Of a stretch of 64,000 nt of DNA, positions 40,354-51,100 are shown piece after piece. Source of the DNA: Chiloscyllium plagiosum. Its lineage: Eukaryota. The notes under the pieces were generated by a model, which did no database searches, had not been told where the DNA came from, and saw only the letters and a list, made by a program, of their open reading frames with translations. Every line of letters begins with the position of its first letter. Within the stretch, counting starts at the first letter, position 1. The DNA is taken from positions 26,272,591-26,336,590 of the forward strand of contig NC_057749.1 of NCBI RefSeq assembly GCF_004010195.1, read 5' to 3'. A program made the translations under genes and the position numbers.

Positions 40354-40716
40354 CTTCCGCCTAGGAATCCTCCAACCACAAGGGATGAACTCGGATTTCA
40401 CCAGTTTCCTCATTTCCCCTCCCCCCACCTTGTCTCAGTCGAATCCATCGAATTCAGCACCGCCTTCCTAACCTGCAATCTTCTTCCCGACCTCTCCGCC
40501 CCCACCCCAGTCTGACCTATCACCCTCACCTTGACCTCTTTCCACCTATCACATTTCCGACGCCCCTCCCCCAAGTCCCACCTCCCTACCTTTTATCTTA
40601 GCCTGCTGGACAAACTTTCCTCATTCCTGAAGAAGGGCTTATGCCCGAAACGTCGATTCTCCTGTTCCCTGGATGCTGCCTGACTTGCTGCGCTTTTCCA
40701 GCAACACATTTTCAGC
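40354..40716 (+). mobile_element. 5'-truncated Penelope-like element (GIY-YIG C-terminus plus terminal region with hammerhead motif), 13-bp flanking duplication
   Basis: Begins FRLGILQPQGMNSDFTSFL, resembling a PLE endonuclease end. TATAAATTTTCAT flanks it at 40341-40353 and 40717-40729. Confidence 0.75.
40623..40658 (+). ncRNA. Minimal type I hammerhead ribozyme motif; second copy at 40791-40826
   Basis: AUUC-CUGAAGA-A-GGGC(UUAU)GCCC-GAAA-CGUC-GAUU: conserved core boxes, 4-bp stem II, ACGU palindrome at stem III, GUC cleavage triplet. Stem I is weak. Confidence 0.6.
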
Positions 40717-41217
40717 TATAAATTTTCATGCCAACTAATATTGGAGAGAGGCCATCGTAGACTTTCACCAAGTTTGCCTGCTAGTTTATGTTTCCTGAAG
40801 AAGGGCTTATGCCCGAAACGTCGATTCTCCTGTTCCCTGGATGCTGCCTGACTTGCTGCGCTTTTCCAGCAACACATTTCCAGCTATAAATTTTCATGCC
40901 AACTAATAACGGAGAGAGGCCATTGTAGACTTTCACCAAGTTTGCCTGCTAGTTTATGTTTGTAACATTAGGTCTGTAATTGTGGTACCTCAAAATGACT
41001 GTTTTATTTCCATGGTAGGGAGCTATAGCAGCTGTTACTACTTGCTTTCCTCTGGGTAAGTTGGATTTTGTCAGATTCTTCTTGAAACATGGCTGAACCA
41101 AGTTTCATTTCCTGTCTCCATACGGACTCGTAACTGCAATGTTTTCCCCGGAGAGATGGTCTGCACTCCAGAGATTTGTAAGGCCATTTTTCTAGGGAAT
41201 CCCTGTTTTGATTTGTC

Positions 41218-41365
41218 CTGATTTGGAGATGCCGGTGTTGGACTGGGGTGTACAAAGTTAAAAATCACACAACACCAGGTTATAGTCCAACAGGTTTAAT
41301 TGGAAGCACACTAGCTTTCGGAGCGACGCTCCTTCATCAGGTGATTCATCAGGTGAATCACCTGA
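41218..41365 (-). mobile_element. Short non-autonomous element, probably Penelope-derived, carrying a hammerhead motif
   Basis: CpG-retaining short segment ending in tcaggtgattca/tgaatcacctga short direct and inverted repeats. Contains the hammerhead at 41309-41343. Confidence 0.6.
41309..41343 (-). ncRNA. Minimal type I hammerhead ribozyme motif
   Basis: Minus strand CAC-CUGAUGA-A-GGAGC(GUC)GCUCC-GAAA-GCUA-GUG: intact core, perfect 5-bp stem II, 3-bp stem I, AGCU palindrome at stem III, CUA (NUH) cleavage triplet. Confidence 0.72.
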
Positions 41366-41711
41366 CTACCTCAACATCTTCTACCCTGAGAGAGTTCCTC
41401 ACGGAGGCTTGTTTGGGGATTCTGTAGTCATCCACGCAGAAGGTTTAGACAGCCCATCAAAGCTGAATTTTCTAAAGGGTGGTTTCCAGCTTCTGAGATA
41501 CAATGAAGGACCTGGTTATTTTGTCCTCCTATCAAATTCTCATGATAGATCTTTGGTGTGTTTTGTGGAAGCATTCCATAACTTTGAATATAGTATGAAT
41601 TCTTTGACGTAACATGTATTCTCTAATGTGACATGTATATCGTAATGTTACATGTCTTCTATAATTAAAATGGATTTTAGAATATGGCAAATTCTACATG
41701 TGACATTTAAA

Positions 41712-42013
41712 TTCGATTCCCTACAGTGTGGGAACAGGCCCTTCGGCCCAACAAGTCCACACCAATCTTTCGAAGAGCATCGCACCCAGACCCGTTTCCT
41801 CACATTTACCCCTGACCAATGCACCTAATACTTTGGCAATTTAGCGTGGCCAATTCACCTAACCTGCACATCTTTGGACTGCGGGAGGAAACCCACGCAG
41901 ACACAGGGAGAATGTTGCAAACTCCACACAGACAGTTGCCCAAGACGGGAATTGAACCTGGGTCTCTGGCGATGTGAGGCAGCAGTGCTAACCACCGAGC
42001 TACCGTGCCACCC
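41712..42013 (-). mobile_element. HE1/V-SINE-like SINE
   Basis: Full-length copy with tRNA-like head (ggcacggtagctcggtggttagcactgc...gggttcaattcc on the minus strand). Confidence 0.88.
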
Positions 42014-43012
42014 CATTATTCCATGGCCGTTTGTAATCCGTGATATATCATGTAATAAGCAATGCAACATATGCAGTCAGTTCTTCTACACATGATGGTT
42101 CCGTTCTTGTGCAACCTCATGTTGTACAAAAATCGTGCTTTAGAAACAGTGTCTTCAATTCGTCAATCGCCTTACAGCAAATTCGCATAGACACAACACC
42201 TATTACAACAGAATGACCTATATGCTGTAATGCAATCTGTAAGATATCATATAATGTGTAATACAAATGTAATCTGTAATGCAATAAAAATGCTGTAATG
42301 TGGTTTTAATCTGTAATGTAATGGGTAACCTATAATGCAACACCTATTTTATAATTTATTTTATTTTTATTTGCCTCTTCTATACTTTATCTTTACATTT
42401 AAGAATCATATTTTTGTATTTATTTTGAGTAGGAGCCCCAAACTCTTTGCAAAGCTAATCACTCATACAAATAATGGTATACAGTTGATGTATTTGTTCC
42501 TGTGGCTTGTGATTCTCTCTGTCTTGACGTTCACCATTGTGCATTAAGGTTTCCTAAGAAAATAACCAATTTTGCAGGAAGCTGCTAAATGTACAGTAAA
42601 CGTGTTAATGAAGTGGAATTTCTGAGTTTTGGCAGCTTGCAAATGATTTCCCTCAGCTTAATGTGCTGAGGCCTGCCAAGAGAGTGATGCCATGAGTAAA
42701 TAATGCTGCTCTGGCAGAAGTCTGACCACAGACACCCTGCTCCGCCTAGTACTTAGCCATCAGTCTGTTTATGATAGTCATTATCACATCTGCGAAATGA
42801 GTAAAAACATTCTAATGCAGCCTGACAGGGATTTTTGTTTAAATTCTGTTCAAAACTGTCTATAATGAGCTATTTTTATTTTATAAGCTGTTGATTGCAT
42901 GAGGAACATAAGCAATAACAGAGTACTATATTGCTGCCTTGCAGCCCATGGGAGTCACAGGTTTTCATTTACAGGTCTTTGCCATAATTTGTAAATCATC
43001 CAACATCAACTT

Positions 43013-43300
43013 ACGGTGGCACAGTGGTTAGCACTGCTGCCTCACAGCGCCTGAGACCCGGGTTCAATTCCCGCCTCAGGCGACAGACTGTGTGGAGTTT
43101 GCACGTTCTCCCCGTGTCTGCATTGGTTTCCTCCAGGTGCTCCGGTTTCCTCCCACAGTCCAAAGATGTGCAGGTCAGGTGAATTGGCCATGCTAAATTG
43201 CCCGTAGTGTTAGGTAAGGGGTAAAGGGAGGGGTATGGGTGGGTTGCGCTTCGGCGGGTCGGTGTGGCCTGTTTCCACACTGTAATGTAATGTAATCTAA
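43013..43300 (+). mobile_element. HE1/V-SINE-like SINE, apparently young
   Basis: cggtggcacagtggttagcactgctgcc...gggttcaattcccg, central domain, and a (gtaat)n/ctaa tail. CpGs retained. Confidence 0.9.
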
Positions 43301-43589
43301 ACTTACATTTGGAAAAGGGTCAATAGGGTGGAACCATAATAGTCGAGAGCGTGGTGCTGGAAAAGCACAGCAGGTCAGGCAGCATCCGAGGAGCAGGAGG
43401 GTTGATGTTTCGGGCATTATCCCTTCATCAGAAATGTGTAAATGAAGGGTGAATTGATGAAGGGATATCAGCCTTCATGGAGTCAATTCAAACAAAACTG
43501 GGGATTATCCCATATCTGTCATCATAACTGATGTTAGTTATCGCTTTTATGATTTGTCAACAGATTTGTAACCTGCCTAGATATGAACG

Positions 43590-44470
43590 CTGGAAACATA
43601 TGAACATACAAATTAATAGCAGGAATTGGCCATTCAGCCCCTTCAAACCTGCTCCACCATTCAACAAAATCATTGTTGATCTGATTCTAACCTCAGATCC
43701 AGATTCTTTCCGAGCTCTGATAATATTTAGCCTTAAATCTTCAATCCCTTGCTGAACAAAAATCATTTTCCCTGTGTGGGGGAGTCCAGAACTAGGGTTT
43801 AAGGTGAGAGGGGAAAGATATAAAGGGGACCTAAGGGGCAACCTTTTCATGCAAATGTGGTGCGTGTATGGAATGAGCTGCCAGACGATTACAACATTTA
43901 AAAGGCATCTGGATGGGTACATGAATAGGAAGGGTTTAGAGGGACATGGGCCAAATGCTGGCAAATGGAATGAGATTAATTTAGGATATCTGGTCGGCAT
44001 GGATGGGTTGGACCACGAGAAGGGTCTGTTTCCGTGCTGTACAGCTCTATGACTCTGTGACTCTGCCTTAATAGTATTCAAGGACTCTGCTTCCACCACC
44101 TTCTCCGGAAGAGAGCTTCTAAGACACAGACCCTCTGAAAACAGGAAGAAATTTATCTGATCTCAGTCTTAAATGGGCAATCCCTGATGTTTAAACACTG
44201 TCACGTAGTTCTTGCTTCTAAAAGTGGAAGGATCATATCTACATTTACTCTGTCCTCAGCCTTCAGGATTTTATATGTTATAAGCTAGTCACCCTTTTTT
44301 TTTAAACTCCATCAAATACAAGCCTGACCTGTCCAACATTTCCTCATAAGACAACCTGTCCATTCCAGGTATTAATCTGGTATTTTATTATTCCATAAAT
44401 GAGATGATCATTCCTCTGCACAATACTTCAGGTGAAGTCTCACTCATATTCTGTAGAAATAAAACACAAC
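43590..44470. mobile_element. Minus-strand old CR1 3' region with a plus-strand CR1 3' fragment (about 43765-44062) nested in it
   Basis: ORF 43774-44052 matches the CR1 3' end of 1-2866. The flanks read as one continuous minus-strand CR1 3' end. Confidence 0.7.
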
Positions 44471-44965
44471 ATCCCAATTTTGATCTCAATATTCATTCAA
44501 AAACAAATAGGGTTCACCCTGAACTGATTTAGAGATTTAATGACTCCATGCCCTTGGCGCCTGGATGTTTATATTTATTTATTCAGTTATCTCTTCTCCT
44601 CCATGGAACATTTCCTTATTTAGTCATTCGTGAAATGCAGGACAAACTATTCAGAAACTATTAACTTTCGGCACGCATTTATTTTTCCACACATACATGC
44701 TTATTTTGTCATCATGTCATTGTTTTCATGAAAAGTGGTTGTGCATTATTATATAATAGTTTTACGTTATTCTTTCATGGGACGTGGGCATCAATGGTAT
44801 GCCAGCATTAATTACCCATCCAAAGTTGTCCTTATGAAAGAGCTGCCTTCTTGAATTGCTGCAGTCCATGTGTTGTAGGTAGCCCTACTATATGGTCAGG
44901 GAGGAAGTTCCAGGTCTGAGACCCAGTGATACCGAAGGAATGGCAATGTATTTCCAAGTCAAAAA

Positions 44966-45480
44966 GCAGTGACACTGGAAAAGCACAGTAAGTCAGGCAG
45001 CATCTGAGGAGCAGGAGAGTTGATGTTTCAGGCATAAGCCCTTCATCAAGAATGTGGGGGTCAGGGAAGGAACCTGAGAGATAAATAGGGTGAGGCTGGG
45101 GAGAAGGTAGCTGGGTAAGCGATCGGTAGACGCAGTTGGGGGTGATGGTGATAGGTCGGAACTGAAGGTGGACAGGATAGGTGGGAAGGAAGATGAACAG
45201 TTCAGGAGGGTGGTGCTGAGTTGGAGGGTAGGATCTGGGACGAGGTAGGGGGAGGGGAGATGAGGAAAATGGTGAAATTGATGTTGATGCAGATGATTGG
45301 ATGGTCCCAAGGCAGAAGATAAGGTGTTCTTCCTTCAGGTGTTTTGGGTGGCTTTGATTTGGTGGTGGAGGACTTGCATGGTCTTGGGTGATGTGGGAGG
45401 GGGACTTGAAGTGGTTGGCCCCTGAACAGTGGGGTTGTTTCGTGTGTGTGTCCCCGAGGTGTTCTCTGAAACATTTCTCG
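44966..45480 (-). mobile_element. Penelope-like element 3' fragment (GIY-YIG remnant plus terminal region)
   Basis: One minus frame reads CFREHLGDTHTKQPHCSGANHFKSPSH, resembling the RFxEH...AxHF motif of PLE GIY-YIG domains. It is followed by the same terminal sequence as 40354-40716, with a degenerate hammerhead at about 45020-45052. Confidence 0.75.
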
Positions 45481-46489
45481 AGTTCCAGGTCAGGATGGTG
45501 AGTGATTTGGAGGGAATCTTGGAGGTGGTAGTTGTTCCCATGTATCTGTTACCTTTGTCCTTCTGGGTGGTAGTGCTGGAGACCTCAACTGGTGAAACAG
45601 CATCCATGGAAAGAGAGTTAACTCATGTTTCGAGTCTAGATGACTCTTCATCAGAGCTGAAGTAAAGTGTAAAGGGGACAACATTTATACAATAGTTTGT
45701 TGGGGGGCCGGGTGGAGGTGTTGGGGTAGTGGGTGTAGGGTGCTGGTGGAGAAAAGAAGTTGGTAGTTCACATTAAGTGAATGGCAGTAGAATGGTGTGT
45801 CTCCCACCAAACTTGAAACAACAGTAAATGGGTTGGGGGGAGGGAAGCTAAAGGAAAGAAATGGTTCCCAACTTAAAGTTGTTGAACTCAATATTAAGTA
45901 GTTGTGGGTTTGGATGGTGCTGTCTAAAGATCTTTGGTGAATTTCTGCAGTACTTTGTAAGCTGTGTTTGCATGGCAGGCACAATAAGGTGATATCTTAC
46001 TTGGTATCAAGATAACTTTGAAAGCACAAACCAACCCTGCAACCTCTACCAGCCAAAACGGTAAGAGCAGAAGGTAAGTAGGAACACCACTACCTCCAAG
46101 CTCCCCTCTACATGAACTTATATATCTCCCCGCCAGCCCCACCCCCTCGTGTTTATTTCTCCATGTCCTTGGCTCACAAGCCTCATTCCTGACAAAAGGC
46201 TTTTGCCCGAAATGTTGACCGTCCTGCTCCTCAGATGCTGCCTGACTTACTGTGCTTTTCCAGCACCACACTCTCGAATCTGATCTCCAGCATTTGCAGT
46301 CCTCACTTTCTCCTTATATCCTTCGTTGTCAACTGGGTTCAAATCCTGGAATTCCTTAACTCACCATACTGTGGCAGCACCTTCACAACATTGAGTGCAG
46401 AGATTCAAGTTGACAGCTCATCACAATATTCCAATGGACAATCAAGAGGGTCCAACTAATTTTTAATGGTCCCAACATTCCAATAACAG

Positions 46490-46950
46490 CAGGTGTTTGT
46501 TAGCTGAGTCGTCTGTAAACTGGTTTTGTAATTTGGCATGATACTAACATTGTGGGTTCAACTTCTATATTGATTGAGGTCACCGTAAAGACCTTGTTTT
46601 CTCAACCATCTCTCTCTCTGAGGCACGGTGGCTCTTAGATAACTCATTCCCAAGTCATGCACATTCTCCGTGTGGCTGCGTCGGTTTCCTCTGGGGGCTC
46701 TGGTTTCCTCCTACAGTCCAAAGATGTGCAGGTCAGGTGAATTGGCCATGCTAAATTGCCCGTAGTGTTAGGTGCATTAGTCAGAGGGAAATGGGTCTGG
46801 GTGGGTTACTCTTCGGAAGGTCGGTGTGGACTGGTTGGGCTGAAGGGCCTGTTTCCATACTGTAGGGAATCTAATCTAAAAAATCTCTCTCCGTTGAGAG
46901 AACAGCCGATGGACCTCTAGGACTATGGAAAGTTTTCCACCACCACTGAA
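46490..46950 (+). mobile_element. Old tRNA-like SINE with a 5'-truncated HE1-like SINE (about 46655-46880) nested in it
   Basis: tagctgagt...gtgggttcaac head, with an HE1-type central domain and gggaatctaatct tail inside. Confidence 0.6.
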
Positions 46951-47354
46951 TAAGTGAAGGAAATGAAACTTCTTTTCTGGAGTTTTGTTTGTTTTTTGAC
47001 ACCTGATAAAATCAGCAGAAAACATTTTACACCAGTTAACTTTGGACTTAGTACAATTTGTATTCCTGACTTCAACAGATGGGCTGAATACCTAACACAA
47101 TTCATCCACAACACAATGGTAGCTTTGACATTGACTGTTGCTGTACGTTGCCCAAGAGGCAGGGTCTAAACCATCTTGTGATGAACTGTTTCTCGTTTCT
47201 GAAGGTGTGTATACTCTTTCACTGAAATCCCAGATAGCTGAGTCAAATGGAGGTTACAATCAAGATGCATAAAAGAGACATTTGAAACCAGAATGAATCT
47301 GAAATAACTTTTCCTTTTTAACACCTATCTCATTTCAGCTACCTGGTTCAGAAA

Positions 47355-47735
47355 CTATCGATAGAAGCAGGGCCAACGAAAGAGAAAGTTTGATAGTGTG
47401 ACAGAGAGTGAAGGAGCAAAGCAAAGAGCGATACAGAGGAAGAAAAAGAATAGAGAAAAACAACGAAAGAGACAGGGAAAGACCAGAAAGAGACACAGAA
47501 TGAGATAAAGAAACGAGCGAGAGAGACAGAAAGAGTGATGAGGAGACAGTAGGAGAGCAACATAGAAAGACGTAGAGACATACTGAGACAGAGTTGGAGA
47601 GAGATAAATGAAGAAAGAGTAAAGAAGGCAGAAGAAAAGACAGTGAAGGAAAACTTTGAGGTAGAGAGAGAGAGAGAGACAAAAAGAGACACAGCTAAAG
47701 GAATGAACTAGCTCAAAGGTAGAAGACAAGAGACG
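47355..47735. repeat. Purine-rich (GA) low-complexity tract
   Basis: Almost exclusively A/G on the plus strand, including (ga)n near 47663-47679. Confidence 0.85.
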
Positions 47736-47739
47736 ATGG

Positions 47740-48172
47740 TGAAGTGTTGCTTTTCAGACTAGAGGCCTGTGACCAGTGGTGGTGTGCCAGAAGGATCAGT
47801 GCTGGGTCCGCGCTTTTTGTCATTTATATAAATGATTTGGATGTGAAGTTAAGAGGTATGGTTAGTAAGTTTGCAGATGACATCAAAATTGGAGGTGTAA
47901 TGGACATTGAAGAAGGCTACTTCAGGTACAATTGGGCCTTGATCAGATGGGCCAATGGGCTGAGGAGTGACAGATAGAGTTTAACTTAAATAAATGTGAG
48001 GTGCTGCATTTTGGAAAGGCAAATCAGGGCAGGACTTATACACTTAATGGTATTGTCCTGTGGAGTAATGCTGAACAAAAAGACCTTGGAGTGCAAGTTT
48101 ATAGTTCCGTAAAGTGGAGTCACAGGTAGATAAGATAGTGAAGACGGAATTTGGTATAGAGTCACAGAGGCC
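47740..48172 (+). mobile_element. CR1 fragment, left part; continues at 53254-53760 after the LTR element
   Basis: LFVIYINDLD...SKFADD, then KCEVLHFGK. The CR1 sequence resumes with aggccactt..gaatactgcatgcaattc at 53254. Confidence 0.88.
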
Positions 48173-51100
48173 TGTCAAAAAGCTGGTTCATTTTTTCTAA
48201 AAGCTTTTCTCAAGACAACTGTGCCCTTGGTTTTTTTCAGAGGGGTAATACACTGCTCTCAGTTCCAATTAAACGGGTTTGGTACAGAGATTAAAGGGTA
48301 TTGAGAGGCCTTTTTGTTTATAGGTAAACAGATGAGACTTCAGGCCAAAGTGGTCATGTTTTAGAAGTGACCTGTATAACGAAAGGGGAGTGGTCAGCTC
48401 TAGCTGACTGAGCAGTTTATTTCAATTCAGAACTAGTTGGGCGTTCAACAGTGAGCTGTGTGGAAGCTATCTCTCCCTCTCTCTCCTTCTGCTCTTCTAA
48501 CTTTAACCTGTACGCATCTGTTCCATTTTTAATACTGTTTTTCAAGAGGGTTTGTTTATTGGAACTATTGTGAATATTCGGAACAGCTTAATTAAGTCTA
48601 ATTTGGATAGACAGAGTTCTGGAGGGGTTCTTGTTATAAATGTTTGTTTGTTTTAAAACCTGGTAGTCAACCTAGCTACCTCACTCCGTGTAATTTTCAC
48701 TGTATACTTACCAAAACAAATTGCAAAGTTATGGTCTGGGCTGCCTGCTTAAGAGTGTTCTGAGTGATCTGGCCTAGTCTATTACAGATTGGAGGCTCTT
48801 TGCGTGATTTTAAACAGTGAGTGTGGGTGCTAGTGTCTTTAGTTTGGGTGTTGGTTTGGTTGGACGGACAAAGCTTGGGATAGTAATGGCTCTTTCAGTC
48901 GCCAAAAGTTTTCTGGAAGTGGATGCAGTGACTTTGGAAGTTTTGCATAAGGTGAATAAGACCAAGCTGCAGGAATTAGCAGAGAAGCTGGAATTGGACT
49001 TGCCTGCTTCTGTGAGGAAAGGAGAGATAATTACAGCAGTAGGTCAGCATTTAAACTTGTCGGAGAAACCATCAGAATCTATAGAGATGGCAAGGATTCA
49101 GTTGCAAATGAAGCAGCTAGAGTTAGAGGTGAGAGATAAGGAAAGGGCAGCAGAAATGGAACGGTTTGAGTTACGATTAGAAGCAGAAGAGAGGGAAAAA
49201 GAGAGCGTGGACAAAGAAAACGCGAGAGCTTTTGAACTTCAAAAACTGACACTTAAAAAGGAAAGTCAGCTTAAAAGGCTGGAGATAAAGGCTGAGGGTA
49301 GGCTCAGTGAGGAAGTAGTGCAAGCTCATGTGGAAGAGCAGAGAGCCAAAATGGCAAGGTTAGCACCTGAAGTGGCTGATGATTATGAGCTGGTCCATAA
49401 AATTCAGTTTGGCTTCCAGGATCAATTTCAGTCCATGAAGGATAGAAATTGGGACGTAGAGAAATCCTCACGTAGAAAGGGAAAGGTAGATCTCAGTGAA
49501 GATCATAAGGATAACTTACCACAAGTCCCCTTGAGGGGGACAAAGAAATTAAAAATCTCCAGTGTTTTCATTGTAACAAAGTGGGCCACATGAAATCACA
49601 GTATTGGTGGGCTAAGAGAAATCCAGAATTAGGAAAACCAGACAAGCCTGGAAGTTCTGTTGGACTAGGAACAAAAACCACAAGGGAAGTTAGACAACTG
49701 TCTCAGAGTCCACAAGATGATCAGAGGATTAAGGAGGAATTGCCAGATCTCATTAAAAAATATACATGCAATAATAAAGTTTATTCACACAGGCCAGGAG
49801 TAGCAGGTAAAGAGGTTACAATATTAAGGGACACAGGATCCTCTCAGTCTGTAATACTGAAGGATGAGGAGATATGCACTCCTGAGAGACTATTGCCAGA
49901 AAAGGTGCTGGTAACAGGAATTCATGGTGAGACAAAAAGTGCTCAGTTATGTAAAGTAAGGCTAGAGAGTCCAGAGAAGAGCAGAGAATTTGCTGTAGGA
50001 GTACTGGACAAACTCTCAGCTCCAGGAATACAATTTGTCCTTGTAAATGATATAGCTGATTCACCAGCAGGCATGCTGCCCACCCTAGTTGAAAATCCAA
50101 TGGAGACGCAGGCAAGTGAAGACACGAAGGATGTTTCTCCAGGAATTTTCCCTGATTGTGTGTTCACAAGATCACAGAGGCACACGCTGAAGCGGGAGAG
50201 ATCAAAAGGCACAGAGAAGGAAGCTGACATAGCTTTATCAGAAACTTACTTTGATCAGATAAGTGGAACAGAGAAGGAGCATATAGGTAAACATGCAAGT
50301 ATCTTTAGCTCTGCTAATCTGATTGAATTACAGCAGAAAGATAAGAATTTAAAACAGTCATATCAAAAGACGTTTACAGAGAAGGAGCGTGAATGCCTTC
50401 CTGTGTGTTATTACTTAAAAAAAATGATGTCTTAATGAGGAAATAGAGACCATCATGTATCAAGTAGATGAGAATTGGCAGAGATTCATCAAATTCCTTT
50501 GCCAGTAGGGTATAGAAAGGAGGTGCTGCGAGTGGCGTTTAAGCTATCACTTGGAAGTCATTTACGGGTGAGGAAAACACAGGCTAAAATACAGAGACAT
50601 TTTTACTGGCATGGACAATGCAAAGATGTAGTTGAATTTTGCCAGACGTGTCACACATGTCAGCTAATTGGAAAACCACAATCAGTAATAAGACCCACAC
50701 CAATAATTCCTATTCCAGTATTTGAGGAACCTTTCACAAGAATCTTGATTAATTACGTGGGTCCCCTACATCAAACAAAAAGTGGGAGTAAGTATTTATT
50801 AACAATAATGGATATGTCAACTAGATTTCCAGAGGCAATCCCATTACGCAACATCACAGGGTTGTTGAAGAATTACTTAAATTTTTTTACTAGATATGGA
50901 CTACCAACAGAGATCCAGTTAGATCAAGGATCAAACTTCACATCCAAACTATTCAAGGAAGTTATGGATAACTTGAGAATAAAGCAATTCAAATTTATTG
51001 CGTACCATCTGGGATCGCAGGGAGCAGTAGAGAGATGGCATCAAACACTAAAGACCATGCTGAGGGCTTATAGTCAGGATTATCCAGATAATTGGGATAA

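Noticed and set aside
43013..43085. tRNA gene-like A/B boxes here and at other SINE heads
   Set aside because: They continue into the SINE central domain and tail and occur as diverged dispersed copies, so they are not tRNA genes.
45619..45658. Hammerhead motif as an active ribozyme
   Set aside because: The core and stem II are intact but the cleavage triplet reads AUG, which is not NUH. It is kept only as family evidence.
47335..47729. Three overlapping hydrophobic Ser/Leu/Phe-rich ORFs
   Set aside because: Artefact of the CT-rich strand of a GA low-complexity tract.
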